Of a stretch of 64,000 nt of DNA, positions 48,639 to 59,210 are shown piece by piece. Source of the stretch: Deinococcales bacterium (lineage in GTDB: Bacteria; Deinococcota; Deinococci; Deinococcales; JAAFIG01); the NCBI GenBank assembly GCA_031414595.1, contig JANNVX010000088.1, forward strand, positions 241,220 through 305,219, in the 5' to 3' direction. Each line of letters starts with the position of its first letter. The stretch's first letter is position 1. Below the pieces are notes generated by a model. It was not told the DNA's origin and did not search any database. It saw only the letters and a program-made list of their open reading frames with translations. The position numbers and the translations under genes are program-made.

Positions 48639-49592
48639 ATGAAAAAGCTTTACTTGTTCTCAGCCATTTTGCTTCCCATGACCATCGCAGTTTTGGTGTC
48701 CTGCTTTGCATCTTTCGCCCAATCCGCCGATACAATTTGCCTAGATCGAACCTCAAAATTTGTGGCGGCTGGTAGCGTAGCTTTGAGCCGTTGCGAAAAT
48801 GGTTTTTTGATCATTGAATCAACTGGACTTTCCAAAGAACAAATGATGGTTGGAATTACCGCTTGGCAACAACAAGTGCCTCTACCACAACCGTACTCTG
48901 GTAGCAACGCTTGGAAAATCCCGCTTGTACCAGTTGTAGCTGCTACGCCTAGCAAAACCACTGGGGTTGGAGCGGTCGCAATTGCACTGAATGGTGTGCC
49001 TATTTTTAATCCCAGTAAGCCCAGCCAAGGTGGTAATCAAAGTATTTACGACCCTAAAAACGATCCGAAACTGATTGGTGAACTCGATGTTTGCGGTGGA
49101 CATTCTGGTCGTGGTGATGATTACCATTATCATGCTGGACCTGTTTGTTTTCTCGATGCACTCGGCGCTAAAACAGACGGCTTGGTCGGTTATGCCCTGG
49201 ATGGTTATAAAATTCTTGAGTTTCATGATGCAGGAGAAATTTTGCCAAGCAACTTAGATGATTGCAACGGTCATGAACACAACAACTTGGGTTATCATTA
49301 TCATCTAACCGAAAAAGCACCGTATGTACTTGGTTGCTTCCACGGCAAAGTAGACAATGCTTTCCAACCACAAACCATGCGCCTCCGCCCACCTGGTGGT
49401 CCGATCAAAGCCACCATCACAGCCCTGACCACTAAGGCAGATGGTTGGACATCTGTGCAATTTACGTATAATGCCCTAACGCAAAGTCTTGAGTATCAAA
49501 AAATTGGCAGTTGCTACGAATTTCGTTACGCTGTACCCGCTATACCCAATTCTCCAGGGGTAGGGACAGTCAGTTATTGCGAACAAAAATAG
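48639..49592 (+). CDS. YHYH protein (secreted)
   Basis: NGVPIFNP, LDVCGGH, DYHYH, GYALDG, LDDCNGH, YHYH. Confidence 0.9.
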   Translation: MKKLYLFSAILLPMTIAVLVSCFASFAQSADTICLDRTSKFVAAGSVALSRCENGFLIIESTGLSKEQMMVGITAWQQQVPLPQPYSGSNAWKIPLVPVVAATPSKTTGVGAVAIALNGVPIFNPSKPSQGGNQSIYDPKNDPKLIGELDVCGGHSGRGDDYHYHAGPVCFLDALGAKTDGLVGYALDGYKILEFHDAGEILPSNLDDCNGHEHNNLGYHYHLTEKAPYVLGCFHGKVDNAFQPQTMRLRPPGGPIKATITALTTKADGWTSVQFTYNALTQSLEYQKIGSCYEFRYAVPAIPNSPGVGTVSYCEQK

Positions 49593-49714
49593 CCAAAAGC
49601 CTTTTTATGTGTGAAATACAAGATAAATTATAATCACGCGCTGTGAGCCTCGAGAAGCCGCCTCAGAATTTACTCAAGGGTTATAACACCCTAGTTTTAG
49701 GGTACGATGTCGAA

Positions 49715-50299
49715 ATGAAAGTGTTGATACGATGGATGTTACTTCTCAGTGCCATTTTCAGCTTGGTGGCTTGTGGTTTTACTACCCCACCAATTATTTC
49801 TAAGCCCGGAACCACCACTACCATTATTCTGGTGCGCCATGCTGAACGTGACCCCGGACTAGACCCGCCCTTAAATTCGGAAGGAATAACTCGAGCCGCT
49901 AAACTTGCCGAGGTACTTGGTCAAAATGGTGTAACTGCTATTTATGCCACAGACTATGCTCGTAATCGGCAAACTGCCGAACCACTGGCGACCAAACTGG
50001 GTTTGACGGTGGCTCTAATTGGTTCAGCCGAACTTGGCAATACCCAATCTTTAGCCGCCAGACTAGGCACTGAATTTCTCGAGAAACATTCTGGTGGCGT
50101 GGTGCTTTTAATTGGCAATGTTGGCTCACCAGCTTTAGGCACAAATGGGATACTCGCCGATTTATACACCTTGTTTGGAGGTACTGGCAACCCACCTAAT
50201 CGGTATCAGGATATGACCATTATTGTTGTCCCAGAGGCAGGAAAAGGTTCAGCAAACATTATTCGCACTAGCTATGGTGCAGTCAGTAGCCTTGATTAA
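49715..50299 (+). CDS. Histidine phosphatase (PGAM-like) lipoprotein
   Basis: Lipobox LVAC, LVRHAE, L..EG..RA, R..QTAEPL; the second His appears replaced (IGNV). Confidence 0.8.
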   Translation: MKVLIRWMLLLSAIFSLVACGFTTPPIISKPGTTTTIILVRHAERDPGLDPPLNSEGITRAAKLAEVLGQNGVTAIYATDYARNRQTAEPLATKLGLTVALIGSAELGNTQSLAARLGTEFLEKHSGGVVLLIGNVGSPALGTNGILADLYTLFGGTGNPPNRYQDMTIIVVPEAGKGSANIIRTSYGAVSSLD

Positions 50300-51345
50300 G
50301 CCTCGTCGCGCATTTTTTCCATTTTCTCGAGGGCATCACGTCTGGTTTCCATGTCCATCTTGGCGTAAATTGCTGATGTATTGACACTGGCATGTCCGAG
50401 TAAATCTGCCACCACGTGTAAATCTTTGGTAGCCCGGTAAAGGTGCGTGCCAGCCGTGCGCCGCAGCGTATGCAAGCCCCACATTTCAGATGGTAGTCCA
50501 GCCGCCACGTAATAACCCTTGGCAATAAACCTTGCACCATGGGTAGTTAAACGCCGCCCGTGACGTTGATTTCTCGAGATACTGACGATTAAAGCCGACT
50601 CAATTTCTGGGATTTCACCACGTAACTCGAGACCACGCCGCACCTCGAGCCACGATTTTAAGAGTAGAAGTAATTCGTTTGACAAAGGTATAATTCGTTT
50701 TTTACCACCCTTGCCGCTCTGAACAATCAGGCGCTTAAATTTTATTTCAACATCGGTTACATCTAAACTTATAATTTCTTTAGCACGTAAGCCCCCCGAG
50801 CCACCAAGGGCAATCAGTAACCCATCTCGAGTGCGGCGTGGGTCGTCCACATCGTATTTCTCGAGTGGTGCGTTCACAAGTTCGCGGTACAGGGCAGGGG
50901 AGAGCGCCGACTTTTTCAAATGGGCAGGGGTTGGGTCTCTTGGGGCTTTGACTTCGGCGGCGGGATTGACGGTTGCTGCTTTTGCCCAGATTAAAGCGCG
51001 GTACAAGCAACGCACACCATTTAAGTAGGCAATAATGCTCAATGGTTTTAAGCCATCAGATTGCAACAAGACTAACCACATTTCCATGTCATCAGATTCA
51101 AGCCGTGTTACTTCGAGTCGGTTAGAATCCCGTCCGCAAAACTCAAGAAATCTTTTGACGGCGGCGGAATATAAAAGTCGTGTTTCATTCGAGGTCTGAG
51201 ATTTACGCGAACTTTTTAAGGTCAGATAATGGTTCATTAACTCAAGTAAGGTGGCTTCGTCTTGGTCATGGGCTGCACGAACTGCTTCGCGTTTACGATT
51301 TTCGGGAGCTTGAAACTTACTGGACAATACCAACTCGAGACTCAT
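50296..51345 (-). CDS. Tyrosine recombinase / integrase (Xer-like)
   Basis: GGLRAKE (R), GKGGK (K), HTLRR (HxxR), LLGH, SAIYAK (Y); start MSLELV after AAGGA RBS. Confidence 0.93.
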   Translation of the reverse strand: MSLELVLSSKFQAPENRKREAVRAAHDQDEATLLELMNHYLTLKSSRKSQTSNETRLLYSAAVKRFLEFCGRDSNRLEVTRLESDDMEMWLVLLQSDGLKPLSIIAYLNGVRCLYRALIWAKAATVNPAAEVKAPRDPTPAHLKKSALSPALYRELVNAPLEKYDVDDPRRTRDGLLIALGGSGGLRAKEIISLDVTDVEIKFKRLIVQSGKGGKKRIIPLSNELLLLLKSWLEVRRGLELRGEIPEIESALIVSISRNQRHGRRLTTHGARFIAKGYYVAAGLPSEMWGLHTLRRTAGTHLYRATKDLHVVADLLGHASVNTSAIYAKMDMETRRDALEKMEKMRDEA

Positions 51346-51459
51346 GTTTTCCTTCGGAGATAATCTTTTGAATTCATCGGTTGGCAATTATATCATAGAT
51401 TTCTTATTTAGCCATAACGTAAGTATAACCCTATCCTTCTCAAGCCGCTAGAATAAACC

Positions 51460-52560
51460 ATGACTGGACTCGAGCGACTGATTGCCAACCCTAAACCTCT
51501 TGGATGTGCCGCCTTGTACACCAATCATACTGGGGTGACTTCGGATTTCACGCCTGCGGCTGTAGCGATCCAAAACGCGGGTATGAAACTCGAGAAGCTG
51601 TTTGCTCCTGAACATGGCATTGATGGAAGCGGTAAGGAAGGCGAAGCCCCTGAAGTGGCGTTAGACACTGCCAGTGGTTTACCTGTGGTGACGTTGTACG
51701 ATAAATCTCCTGAGCAAGTTGTGGCGGTACTCGAGGGTTTAGATTGTGTGTTGTTTGATATTCAAAGTGTGGGTACGCGGTTTTATACCTACTTGGCAAG
51801 TTTGGCTCGGCTGCTCGAGGCATGCCGAACGGCTCGAGTCAAGTTAGTCGTGCTTGACCGCCCAAATCCTAACGGAAACCGAATTGAAGGCGCGATGCTC
51901 GAGAGCAAATACGCTTCGTTTGTGGGGATTCCAGATGTGCCGCTTCGTTTTGGTTTGACCTACGGCGAAATGGCAAAACATTTGTCGAATAACTGGGATG
52001 GTCTCGAGGTAGTTCGGTGTGATTTATCCGATGTGCTGCCTTGGGTTGCGCCAAGTCCAAACATGCCGACCCTCGAGACTGTGGCACTTTACCCCGGCTT
52101 ATGCTTGGTCGAAGGCACAGACTGGTCTGAGGGACGGGGGACGACTCTCCCCTTTCAGGTTTTTGGTGCGCCAAATGTGGATGCACACAGGTTAGTCTCG
52201 AGGCTCAATGCGCTAGGGTTGCAAGGTGTGCGTTTTCGTCCAACATTTTTTACGCCTCAATATCAAAAGCATAACGGTTTGCTCTGTGCAGGAGCGCAGG
52301 TTCACATCACGGGAGAACTTACGGATGTTTTACCAATTGGTTTAAGTATTGTGATGCTGGCTAAAGAATTTGGGGCAAATTATAAACTCGAGTGGCTACA
52401 AAAATTACTTGGCACAGGCATTCTCGAGTCAGATTTAACTTTGGAGAATATCCCAAATCTAATTCGGGCTTGGAATGATAAAACCTTTTCTAGCTGGCTC
52501 GAGGGGAATGAGGGTAGTATCTTATACTCAAGGAATTTTGTTTTATCGGGTCATACTTGA
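51460..52560 (+). CDS. namZ: Exo-beta-N-acetylmuramidase (DUF1343/YbbC)
   Basis: TNHTG, FAPEHG, FDIQSVGTRFYTY, LDRPNP, SPNMP, SEGRGT. Confidence 0.88.
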   Translation: MTGLERLIANPKPLGCAALYTNHTGVTSDFTPAAVAIQNAGMKLEKLFAPEHGIDGSGKEGEAPEVALDTASGLPVVTLYDKSPEQVVAVLEGLDCVLFDIQSVGTRFYTYLASLARLLEACRTARVKLVVLDRPNPNGNRIEGAMLESKYASFVGIPDVPLRFGLTYGEMAKHLSNNWDGLEVVRCDLSDVLPWVAPSPNMPTLETVALYPGLCLVEGTDWSEGRGTTLPFQVFGAPNVDAHRLVSRLNALGLQGVRFRPTFFTPQYQKHNGLLCAGAQVHITGELTDVLPIGLSIVMLAKEFGANYKLEWLQKLLGTGILESDLTLENIPNLIRAWNDKTFSSWLEGNEGSILYSRNFVLSGHT

Positions 52561-52616
52561 ATTTTCTTGCGCCAAAGGTAAGAATACGCGTAGTTCAAAA
52601 ATTTTAGGAGGAAAGA

Positions 52617-54359
52617 ATGCAAAAACGATTTCGTCTCGTACTGGCAGCCAGCGTTTTGGCGGCGGTAGCCATGGCTCAGGGCAGTGTCCCAGCCACAGTT
52701 CCCGCCTTGATGTTTCAACAAGAAGGTAAAAAAGGAGGGGTTTTTACTCAGGCAATTACCACTGCACCTGTTACTTTTAATTATTATAATGCCATAGATG
52801 GTGCAACCCAAACGGTGCTGAATAACACCTTTGATCGCTTATTGACCTTAAACCCGTACACCAATAAAATCTATCCAAATCTTGTTGAATCATGGCAATT
52901 TTCAGAAGATGGTTTAAGTTTAACCATGCGTTTACGTGATATTAAATGGTCTGATGGTACGCCGTTTACCGCCGATGATGTGATTTTTACGGTCGATTCC
53001 TTAGCCAATAATCCAAACTTACGGGCTAATTTTACCGCCCAGCTTAGAATTGGTGGGCAGTCCTTAAAATTCCAAAAAGTCAATGACCGCACTTTCAGGG
53101 TGGTCATGCCAGTGCAGTACGGTGCGATTCTCAATGTACTTACGTTTTTCCCAATCATGCCAAAGCATAAACTCGAGCAGTTTGACCCAGTTGGTAAGCC
53201 CGCTGATTTTGCTCGGGCTTGGGCAACCGACTCTAAGCTCTCGGAAATTGTTGGCACTGGTCCTTATGTGCTTTCTGGTTATGTAGCGAATCAAAAATTG
53301 ACCATGACCCGCAATCCAAATTCTTGGCGCAAAGACCCATCTGATAATCAATTGCCCTACACTGATAAACTCGAGTATTTGGTGATTAACTCCCAAGAAG
53401 GGCAGTTGGCACAATTAAAGGCGGGTACACTGGACAGCCTAACCATCACCGGCGCACAGTTTCCAGACATGAAAGCCGCCGAAGTCCGTGATAATAAGGT
53501 TCGGGTACTGCGCGGTATTGGCTTAAATAGTCCACCGTGGCATTGGTCGTTTAATTTTGATTCTAGCGACGCGGACTTGGCTAAGGTTTTCCGTGATTTG
53601 CGTTTCCGTCAAGCTATGAACAATGCCTTAAATCGTGAGCGTATTATTGAAAGTGTATTTAATGGTTTAGCAAGCCTACCTGGACATGGGGTTGCCCCAA
53701 TTTCGGATTGGTACATCAATACCAAGCAATACTTCCCCAGTTGGAACTTAAAAGCGGCTACCGAAATACTTGATGGTATGGGCGTGAAAGATACCGATGG
53801 TGATGGGGTGCGTAATTTAACGGCTGGCAAGAACTTTGAATTTTCTTTAACCCATGCGGCTGACTCGAGTGTTGCCCCTGCGATGGGTGCAATTATTCAA
53901 AATGACTTAAAGCAACTTGGTATTCGCGTCAATCTGCGTGGTGTAGCTGGAAATACGGTACTCGGAACAGGGCAAGCTGGTAATTTTGACAGCATCCTTC
54001 TAACTTTTGGCGACCAACCAGACCCGCAACTTCGCAAGGATATTTGGCAGCCCGGACGTGGCTTAAATTATTGGCGCAAGAGTTTACAACCCACCAAGCC
54101 AAACGATCCAATTAATACTAAAAACATGTTTAGTTATGAAAAACGAATTTACCAAATCTTTGACGAAGCCGAACGCCTCGGTGACCAAAGCCGACGTAAA
54201 GCCTTATACGACGAGTGGCAAGTGCTTTTTGCTAAATATATGCCCGTTATCCTGATTACCAAACCAGATGTTTTAGCAGTTGCCAATAACCGCATTGGGA
54301 ATTTCTTTGCTCGGGATAACCGTGTGCTTTGGAGTACCTCAACTGTTTACGAAAAGTAA
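52617..54359 (+). CDS. ABC transporter substrate-binding protein, family 5
   Basis: Signal peptide; KWSDGTPFTADDVIFT, VGTGPY, FRQAM..A.NRE. Confidence 0.92.
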   Translation: MQKRFRLVLAASVLAAVAMAQGSVPATVPALMFQQEGKKGGVFTQAITTAPVTFNYYNAIDGATQTVLNNTFDRLLTLNPYTNKIYPNLVESWQFSEDGLSLTMRLRDIKWSDGTPFTADDVIFTVDSLANNPNLRANFTAQLRIGGQSLKFQKVNDRTFRVVMPVQYGAILNVLTFFPIMPKHKLEQFDPVGKPADFARAWATDSKLSEIVGTGPYVLSGYVANQKLTMTRNPNSWRKDPSDNQLPYTDKLEYLVINSQEGQLAQLKAGTLDSLTITGAQFPDMKAAEVRDNKVRVLRGIGLNSPPWHWSFNFDSSDADLAKVFRDLRFRQAMNNALNRERIIESVFNGLASLPGHGVAPISDWYINTKQYFPSWNLKAATEILDGMGVKDTDGDGVRNLTAGKNFEFSLTHAADSSVAPAMGAIIQNDLKQLGIRVNLRGVAGNTVLGTGQAGNFDSILLTFGDQPDPQLRKDIWQPGRGLNYWRKSLQPTKPNDPINTKNMFSYEKRIYQIFDEAERLGDQSRRKALYDEWQVLFAKYMPVILITKPDVLAVANNRIGNFFARDNRVLWSTSTVYEK

Positions 54360-54475
54360 GCCATTGATGTCAATCTTGCACGCAGAAGCTATTTTTGCGT
54401 TAGACTGTAGAAGGTTGCATCAGTTCATGGTCTATATTCGTCAATTACTCAACAGGTTTTTTTGGAGGTCTCGAG

Positions 54476-54832
54476 ATGAAGTTATTACTGGTTGGTTTTG
54501 TTGCACTACTTGCACTTACGTCCTGCGCTCCGGATTTAAATCGCCCTACTTTGCGCCCTGTGATTATTAAGCTCTCCGAACCCGCTAAGGTTGGCGAGAC
54601 CGTTACTATTCAGGGTCGTTACCTTGGCAGCAAAGAAAATGGAGTTGTGCTTTTCAATGCCGATTCAAGTGGTGCAACTGGGGTTTCATCTGCTAGTTCG
54701 GATGTGGTTTCTTGGAGCGCCTCAGAAATTCAGGTACGTGTTCCTCTGAATGTCCGTCCTGGTGGCAATTTTGTTTTTGTCAGTGTCGGCGGAGTTTTAA
54801 GCAACGGTATGGTTTACAGCATTTCAAAGTAA
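54476..54832 (+). CDS. IPT/TIG domain lipoprotein
   Basis: Lipobox LTSC; GETVTIQG, SWSASEI.V.VP, VGGVLSN. Confidence 0.8.
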   Translation: MKLLLVGFVALLALTSCAPDLNRPTLRPVIIKLSEPAKVGETVTIQGRYLGSKENGVVLFNADSSGATGVSSASSDVVSWSASEIQVRVPLNVRPGGNFVFVSVGGVLSNGMVYSISK

Positions 54833-54910
54833 AGTCTTAAATAAGGACGAAGGCTAAACTAGGCTTTCGTCCTTATTCTTTTCTGACTCGAGAACCCGTA
54901 GAATCCAAGC

Positions 54911-56236
54911 ATGAAGTTTCAAACCATCAAAGGCACGTTTGATAGACTCCCCCAAGACTCGAGCCAATGGCGATTTATAGAGGATACCGCTAGACAAGTT
55001 CTCGAGCGGTTTGGGGCTGGGGAAATCCACACTCCTGTTTTTGAAGATGTTGGGGTCTTCAAAAAAGCTGTCGGGGATTCTTCGGATATTGTCCGCAAAG
55101 AAATGTACACCTTTACCGATGCAGGAAACCGTAATCTGTGTTTGCGCCCAGAAGCCACGGCTGCCATTGTACGGGCGTACCTCGAGCATGGGTTTGGAAG
55201 TAAGCCGACACCTGTTAAATTCTGGACGTTTGAACCGATGTTTAGAGGCGAAAAACCGCAAAAGGGACGCGAACGCCAATTTCACCAAGTTGGTTTTGAA
55301 ATTCTAGGACTCGCCGATGCGCTTGCCGATGCTGAGATTATAGATGCTGGAGTACAGCTTCTCTCGAGTTTAGGTATAAAAGATTATGTGATTCACTTGG
55401 GTTCGGTAGGCGACCCAGAAGACAGGGCAGCTTATAACCAGTATTTGCGTGATACCCTCTCCCCTGTTTTGATTAAACTGAGCAAAGATTCTCAGGAGCG
55501 TCTGGTCTTAAATCCAATGCGAATTTTGGACAGCAAAGATAAAAACGATCAAGCGCTGCTACTCGAGTTAAAAATTAAACCGATGCTCGAGTTTTTGGGT
55601 GTAGAGGCTCGAGAACACTTTGCAGCAGTACAAAAATGTTTAACCGTTTGGGGAATAGCGTTTGTGATTGACCCCAGTATTGTACGAGGCTTAGATTACT
55701 ACCGCCGAACTGCTTTTGAATTTATTCATAATGACCCGAGTATGGCTGGGTGCAGCACCATTCTGGCAGGTGGGCGTTACGATGGTCTTGCCGAGATTTT
55801 GGGCGGACAACACACCCCGGGGGTTGGTTGGGGCTGCGGGGCTGAACGGGTGATTCTGGCGATGGAAGCCGAAAAAGTAATCGTGCCAGACCTCGAGAAA
55901 CCACTGGTCTATGTGATTCCGTTGGATGAAGACAGTATTTTATATGCACAAAATGTGGCTCGAGTCGTGCGAAGCTTCGGGAAGGCGCTTTGTGCTTATA
56001 AAGTTAAACGACTTGGAAAAGGCTTAGAAGAGGCGGGGAAGAATGGTGCGAGATTTTTAGTTTTTATTGGTGACCGTGAACGCGATTTTAACAAAGTGAC
56101 TTTCAGAATTATGGCAACCGGAATGCTTTCAAATCTTATGGAATTAGAAGAATTTATAGAACGACTCAAAAATCCCGAAGAATTAATCAGGTATATTGAG
56201 TCGTTGCCAATGGAATCACCAGCAGTATTGGTTTAG
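54911..56236 (+). CDS. hisS: Histidine--tRNA ligase
   Basis: KEMY, LRPEATA, FRGEKPQKGRERQFHQ, VRGLDYY, GGRYDGL. Confidence 0.97.
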   Translation: MKFQTIKGTFDRLPQDSSQWRFIEDTARQVLERFGAGEIHTPVFEDVGVFKKAVGDSSDIVRKEMYTFTDAGNRNLCLRPEATAAIVRAYLEHGFGSKPTPVKFWTFEPMFRGEKPQKGRERQFHQVGFEILGLADALADAEIIDAGVQLLSSLGIKDYVIHLGSVGDPEDRAAYNQYLRDTLSPVLIKLSKDSQERLVLNPMRILDSKDKNDQALLLELKIKPMLEFLGVEAREHFAAVQKCLTVWGIAFVIDPSIVRGLDYYRRTAFEFIHNDPSMAGCSTILAGGRYDGLAEILGGQHTPGVGWGCGAERVILAMEAEKVIVPDLEKPLVYVIPLDEDSILYAQNVARVVRSFGKALCAYKVKRLGKGLEEAGKNGARFLVFIGDRERDFNKVTFRIMATGMLSNLMELEEFIERLKNPEELIRYIESLPMESPAVLV

Positions 56237-56271
56237 GTCTTGTTGGTCTCGAAAAGTAGTATAATCGTGGT

Positions 56272-56523
56272 ATGAAAGTTAAAACTTCTGTTTCATTGTC
56301 TGAAAAACTACTTGCGGCTATAGACTGCGATGGATTGAACCGTTCGGAATTTTTAGAAAAAGCTGCGTGGGAATATATTCATCGTCAGGAACAAATTAAA
56401 ACAAGTCGTCATGATCTTGAAATTATCAATGCAAATATGGTTTTTTTGAATCAGGAAGCCTTGGAATTCCACGAATTGCAAGCTGTTTGGCTTGAGCCTA
56501 CCAATCAATATGCAGCGCGGTGA
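56272..56523 (+). CDS. RHH antitoxin (MazE-like)
   Basis: KTSVSL...NRSEFLE RHH pattern, DLEIINAN...LNQEA; leaderless after TATAAT; overlaps the toxin. Confidence 0.8.
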   Translation: MKVKTSVSLSEKLLAAIDCDGLNRSEFLEKAAWEYIHRQEQIKTSRHDLEIINANMVFLNQEALEFHELQAVWLEPTNQYAAR

Positions 56524-56857
56524 TTTGTACTTGGTTAATCGTCCTGATATTCGTGACCCTAAACCTCGTCGTGCCGTGGTCGTCGTTAGTCGCCAAGGAC
56601 TGATTGATTCAAATTTTGGGAGTGTTATCTGCGCTCCAATCTATACACGTTATCTAGGCATCAAAAGTCAAATTCTGGTTGGGATAGAAGAGGGCTTAAA
56701 ACATGAAAGTGCAATTTATTGTGATGATTTAATCAGTCTACCTAAATCACTTTTGACCCATTATCTCGGCAAATTAGACACACTTAAATTATTACAACTT
56801 AGCGATGGTCTTTGCATCGCACTCGATATTGAAATGAATTCAGGAGTCACCCCATGA
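56510..56857 (+). CDS. mazF: MazF/PemK endoribonuclease toxin
   Basis: [23 protein letters not shown]...CD.L.S.PK. Confidence 0.88.
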   Translation: MQRGDLYLVNRPDIRDPKPRRAVVVVSRQGLIDSNFGSVICAPIYTRYLGIKSQILVGIEEGLKHESAIYCDDLISLPKSLLTHYLGKLDTLKLLQLSDGLCIALDIEMNSGVTP

Positions 56858-58596
56858 AACGAACCCATTATTGCAACGACCTCTCAATCAGTCATGTTGG
56901 TCAAACCGTAACCCTCAACGGCTGGGTTTCTCGAGTCCGCGAATTTCCAGACACGCGCTTTATTGTGCTGCGTGACCGCTCAGGAATTGTGCAAATTACG
57001 GTTGACTCGAGCAACCCGTGTTTTACAGTAGCCGATACCTGTAAGTCCGAATTTGTTCTCGAGGTGATTGGCTTAGTGCAAGCTCGAAGTGACCAAAATA
57101 AATCGGCTGCGTATGCTACTGGTGCAATTGAAATTATTCCGTCACATCTCGAGATTTTGAACCGTTCTAAGCCAGTCCCTTTTCCAGTGGATGGCACACC
57201 AATCACGGCTTCTGAGGAAATTCGTTTGAAATACCGCTATTTGGACTTGCGCCGTGAGCCTTTGCGTGAAGCCCTGAAACTGCGTTCTAAGACGATCTCG
57301 AGTATTTATAATTTTTTGGATTCGGAAGGCTTTATCAGTGTCGAAACTCCAATGCTAACCAAATCTACCCCAGAAGGCGCTCGGGATTACCTTGTGCCGT
57401 CTCGAGTCAGCGCTGGGAACTTTTATGCCCTGCCGCAAAGCCCACAACTCTTTAAGCAACTGTTGATGATTGCCAATTTTGATAAGTATTTTCAGATTGC
57501 ACGGTGTTTCCGAGACGAAGATTTACGCGCTGACCGCCAACCAGATTTTACCCAACTCGATATAGAAATGAGTTTTGTAGATGTGGATGATGTACTCGAG
57601 CTTAATGAGCGCTTGATTCAACATGTTTTTAAGCAAACCCTAAATGTGGATCTGCCTCTGCCTTTACCGCGCCTGAGTTATGAGGACGCACTGAATCGTT
57701 TTGGTTCAGATAAACCCGACCAGCGTTTTGGTCTCGAGATAAAGGATGCCTCGAGTACCGTGGTCAATTCAGCCTTTGCAGTTTTTGCTTCGGCTGCCAC
57801 AGTACGGGTTTTGGTTGCGCCTGCCGAATTTTCGCGCAAGCAAATCGAAAGTTTAGAACAAGTCGCCAAGCAAAACGGAGCTAAGGGCTTGGCTTGGACG
57901 AAAGTCACAGCAATTGGACTCGAGGGCGGAATAGCAAAGTTCCTCTCCCCTACTGAAATTATGGGACTGCTCGAGCTAACAGGTGCGGTTATTGGTCAAA
58001 CCCTACTTTTTGGGGCAGACTCGAGGGAGACGGCACTTAAAGCCTTGGGTGCAGTGCGGCTGGCTTTGCGTGATGAGTTAAAACTGATTACAAAAGACTC
58101 GCCGCGTTTTCATTTTTCTTGGGTGGTGGATTTCCCTCTGCTCGAATGGGACGAAGACAATCAGCGCTTTACCTTTATGCACCATCCGTTCACCAGCCCG
58201 AAACTTGAGGATTTACACAAGTTTGGAACACCCGAGATGGGTAGCATGAATGCAAGGGCTTACGATTTGGTTTTGAACGGGTATGAAGTCGGCGGCGGGA
58301 GTATCCGAATTCACCAGCCAGAAGTGCAAGAAAAAATGTTTAATGCGATTGGTTTTAGTACGCTTGAGGCACGAGAACGTTTTGGGTTTTTTATGGAAGC
58401 CCTCGAGTACGGCACACCACCACATGGTGGGATTGCTTGGGGCTTAGATAGGATGGTGGCGGTCATGGCGAACGCGGAAACCATTCGGGATGTGATTGCT
58501 TTTCCAAAAAACGCCAAAGGTGCAGACATCATGGCAGACGCGCCAAGTGCAGTGGACGAAAAACAGTTATCAGATTTGCATATCAAGTTGCGCTAG
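56854..58596 (+). CDS. aspS: Aspartate--tRNA ligase
   Basis: [62 protein letters not shown]. Confidence 0.97.
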   Translation: MKRTHYCNDLSISHVGQTVTLNGWVSRVREFPDTRFIVLRDRSGIVQITVDSSNPCFTVADTCKSEFVLEVIGLVQARSDQNKSAAYATGAIEIIPSHLEILNRSKPVPFPVDGTPITASEEIRLKYRYLDLRREPLREALKLRSKTISSIYNFLDSEGFISVETPMLTKSTPEGARDYLVPSRVSAGNFYALPQSPQLFKQLLMIANFDKYFQIARCFRDEDLRADRQPDFTQLDIEMSFVDVDDVLELNERLIQHVFKQTLNVDLPLPLPRLSYEDALNRFGSDKPDQRFGLEIKDASSTVVNSAFAVFASAATVRVLVAPAEFSRKQIESLEQVAKQNGAKGLAWTKVTAIGLEGGIAKFLSPTEIMGLLELTGAVIGQTLLFGADSRETALKALGAVRLALRDELKLITKDSPRFHFSWVVDFPLLEWDEDNQRFTFMHHPFTSPKLEDLHKFGTPEMGSMNARAYDLVLNGYEVGGGSIRIHQPEVQEKMFNAIGFSTLEARERFGFFMEALEYGTPPHGGIAWGLDRMVAVMANAETIRDVIAFPKNAKGADIMADAPSAVDEKQLSDLHIKLR

Positions 58597-59116
58597 GCTC
58601 GTAAGTTAGTAGCATTACACCATCGCCAAGATTTCTCGAGGAGATAAGTTGTAAAAGCAGCCTATCCTCGCTCGAGAAGAACCGCTTGCCGCTCCCAAGT
58701 ACAAGTGGGAAAACCATCAAGCGAAGTTCGTCCACAAGCCCATGCCGTAGGAGGGTCTGGGCAAAATTACCACTGCCGTAAGTCAGGATATTTTTGCCTT
58801 CTTGTTGCTTTAGGGCTTGAACGGCTTTGACTACATCCCCCTCGAGTACGGTAGCGTTCCACTCGAGGGTCTTTAGGGTGGTTGTGGCGACAAACTTTGG
58901 TAGGCTGTTCATCTGTTCAGCAAAATTACCTGTTGCGGTTGCCCAATACTTAGCAAAGCCTTCGTAGGTCACGCGACCCAGTAAAAGCGCATTGCTTTCA
59001 AAGAGTTCGTCGTATTTGAATTGTCCGTCATCTGGATTATAGCCGTTCCGCCACGGAGTAGAATCTTCGTACACCCCATCAAGGGTCAGAAATTCGGTAA
59101 CGATCAATTTTCGCAT
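58583..59116 (-). CDS. Dihydrofolate reductase / RibD C-terminal family protein
   Basis: TLDG, LLLGRVTY, GSG, GLVDELRL..FP..LGSGKR. Confidence 0.9.
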   Translation of the reverse strand: MRKLIVTEFLTLDGVYEDSTPWRNGYNPDDGQFKYDELFESNALLLGRVTYEGFAKYWATATGNFAEQMNSLPKFVATTTLKTLEWNATVLEGDVVKAVQALKQQEGKNILTYGSGNFAQTLLRHGLVDELRLMVFPLVLGSGKRFFSSEDRLLLQLISSRNLGDGVMLLTYEPSAT

Positions 59117-59210
59117 ATGGAACTCCCAAAGTCGCTTATCATCGGATTTATCCTAGCTGACTGTTTTGATGAGGTCAACTTTAACGATAAATTATTGAGG
59201 AAGATTATTA

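Noticed and set aside
34400-51345. Integron or prophage associated with the tyrosine recombinase
   Set aside because: No attC-like repeats between the small genes, genes lie in both orientations, no IntI-specific insertion recognised, and no phage structural or replication genes
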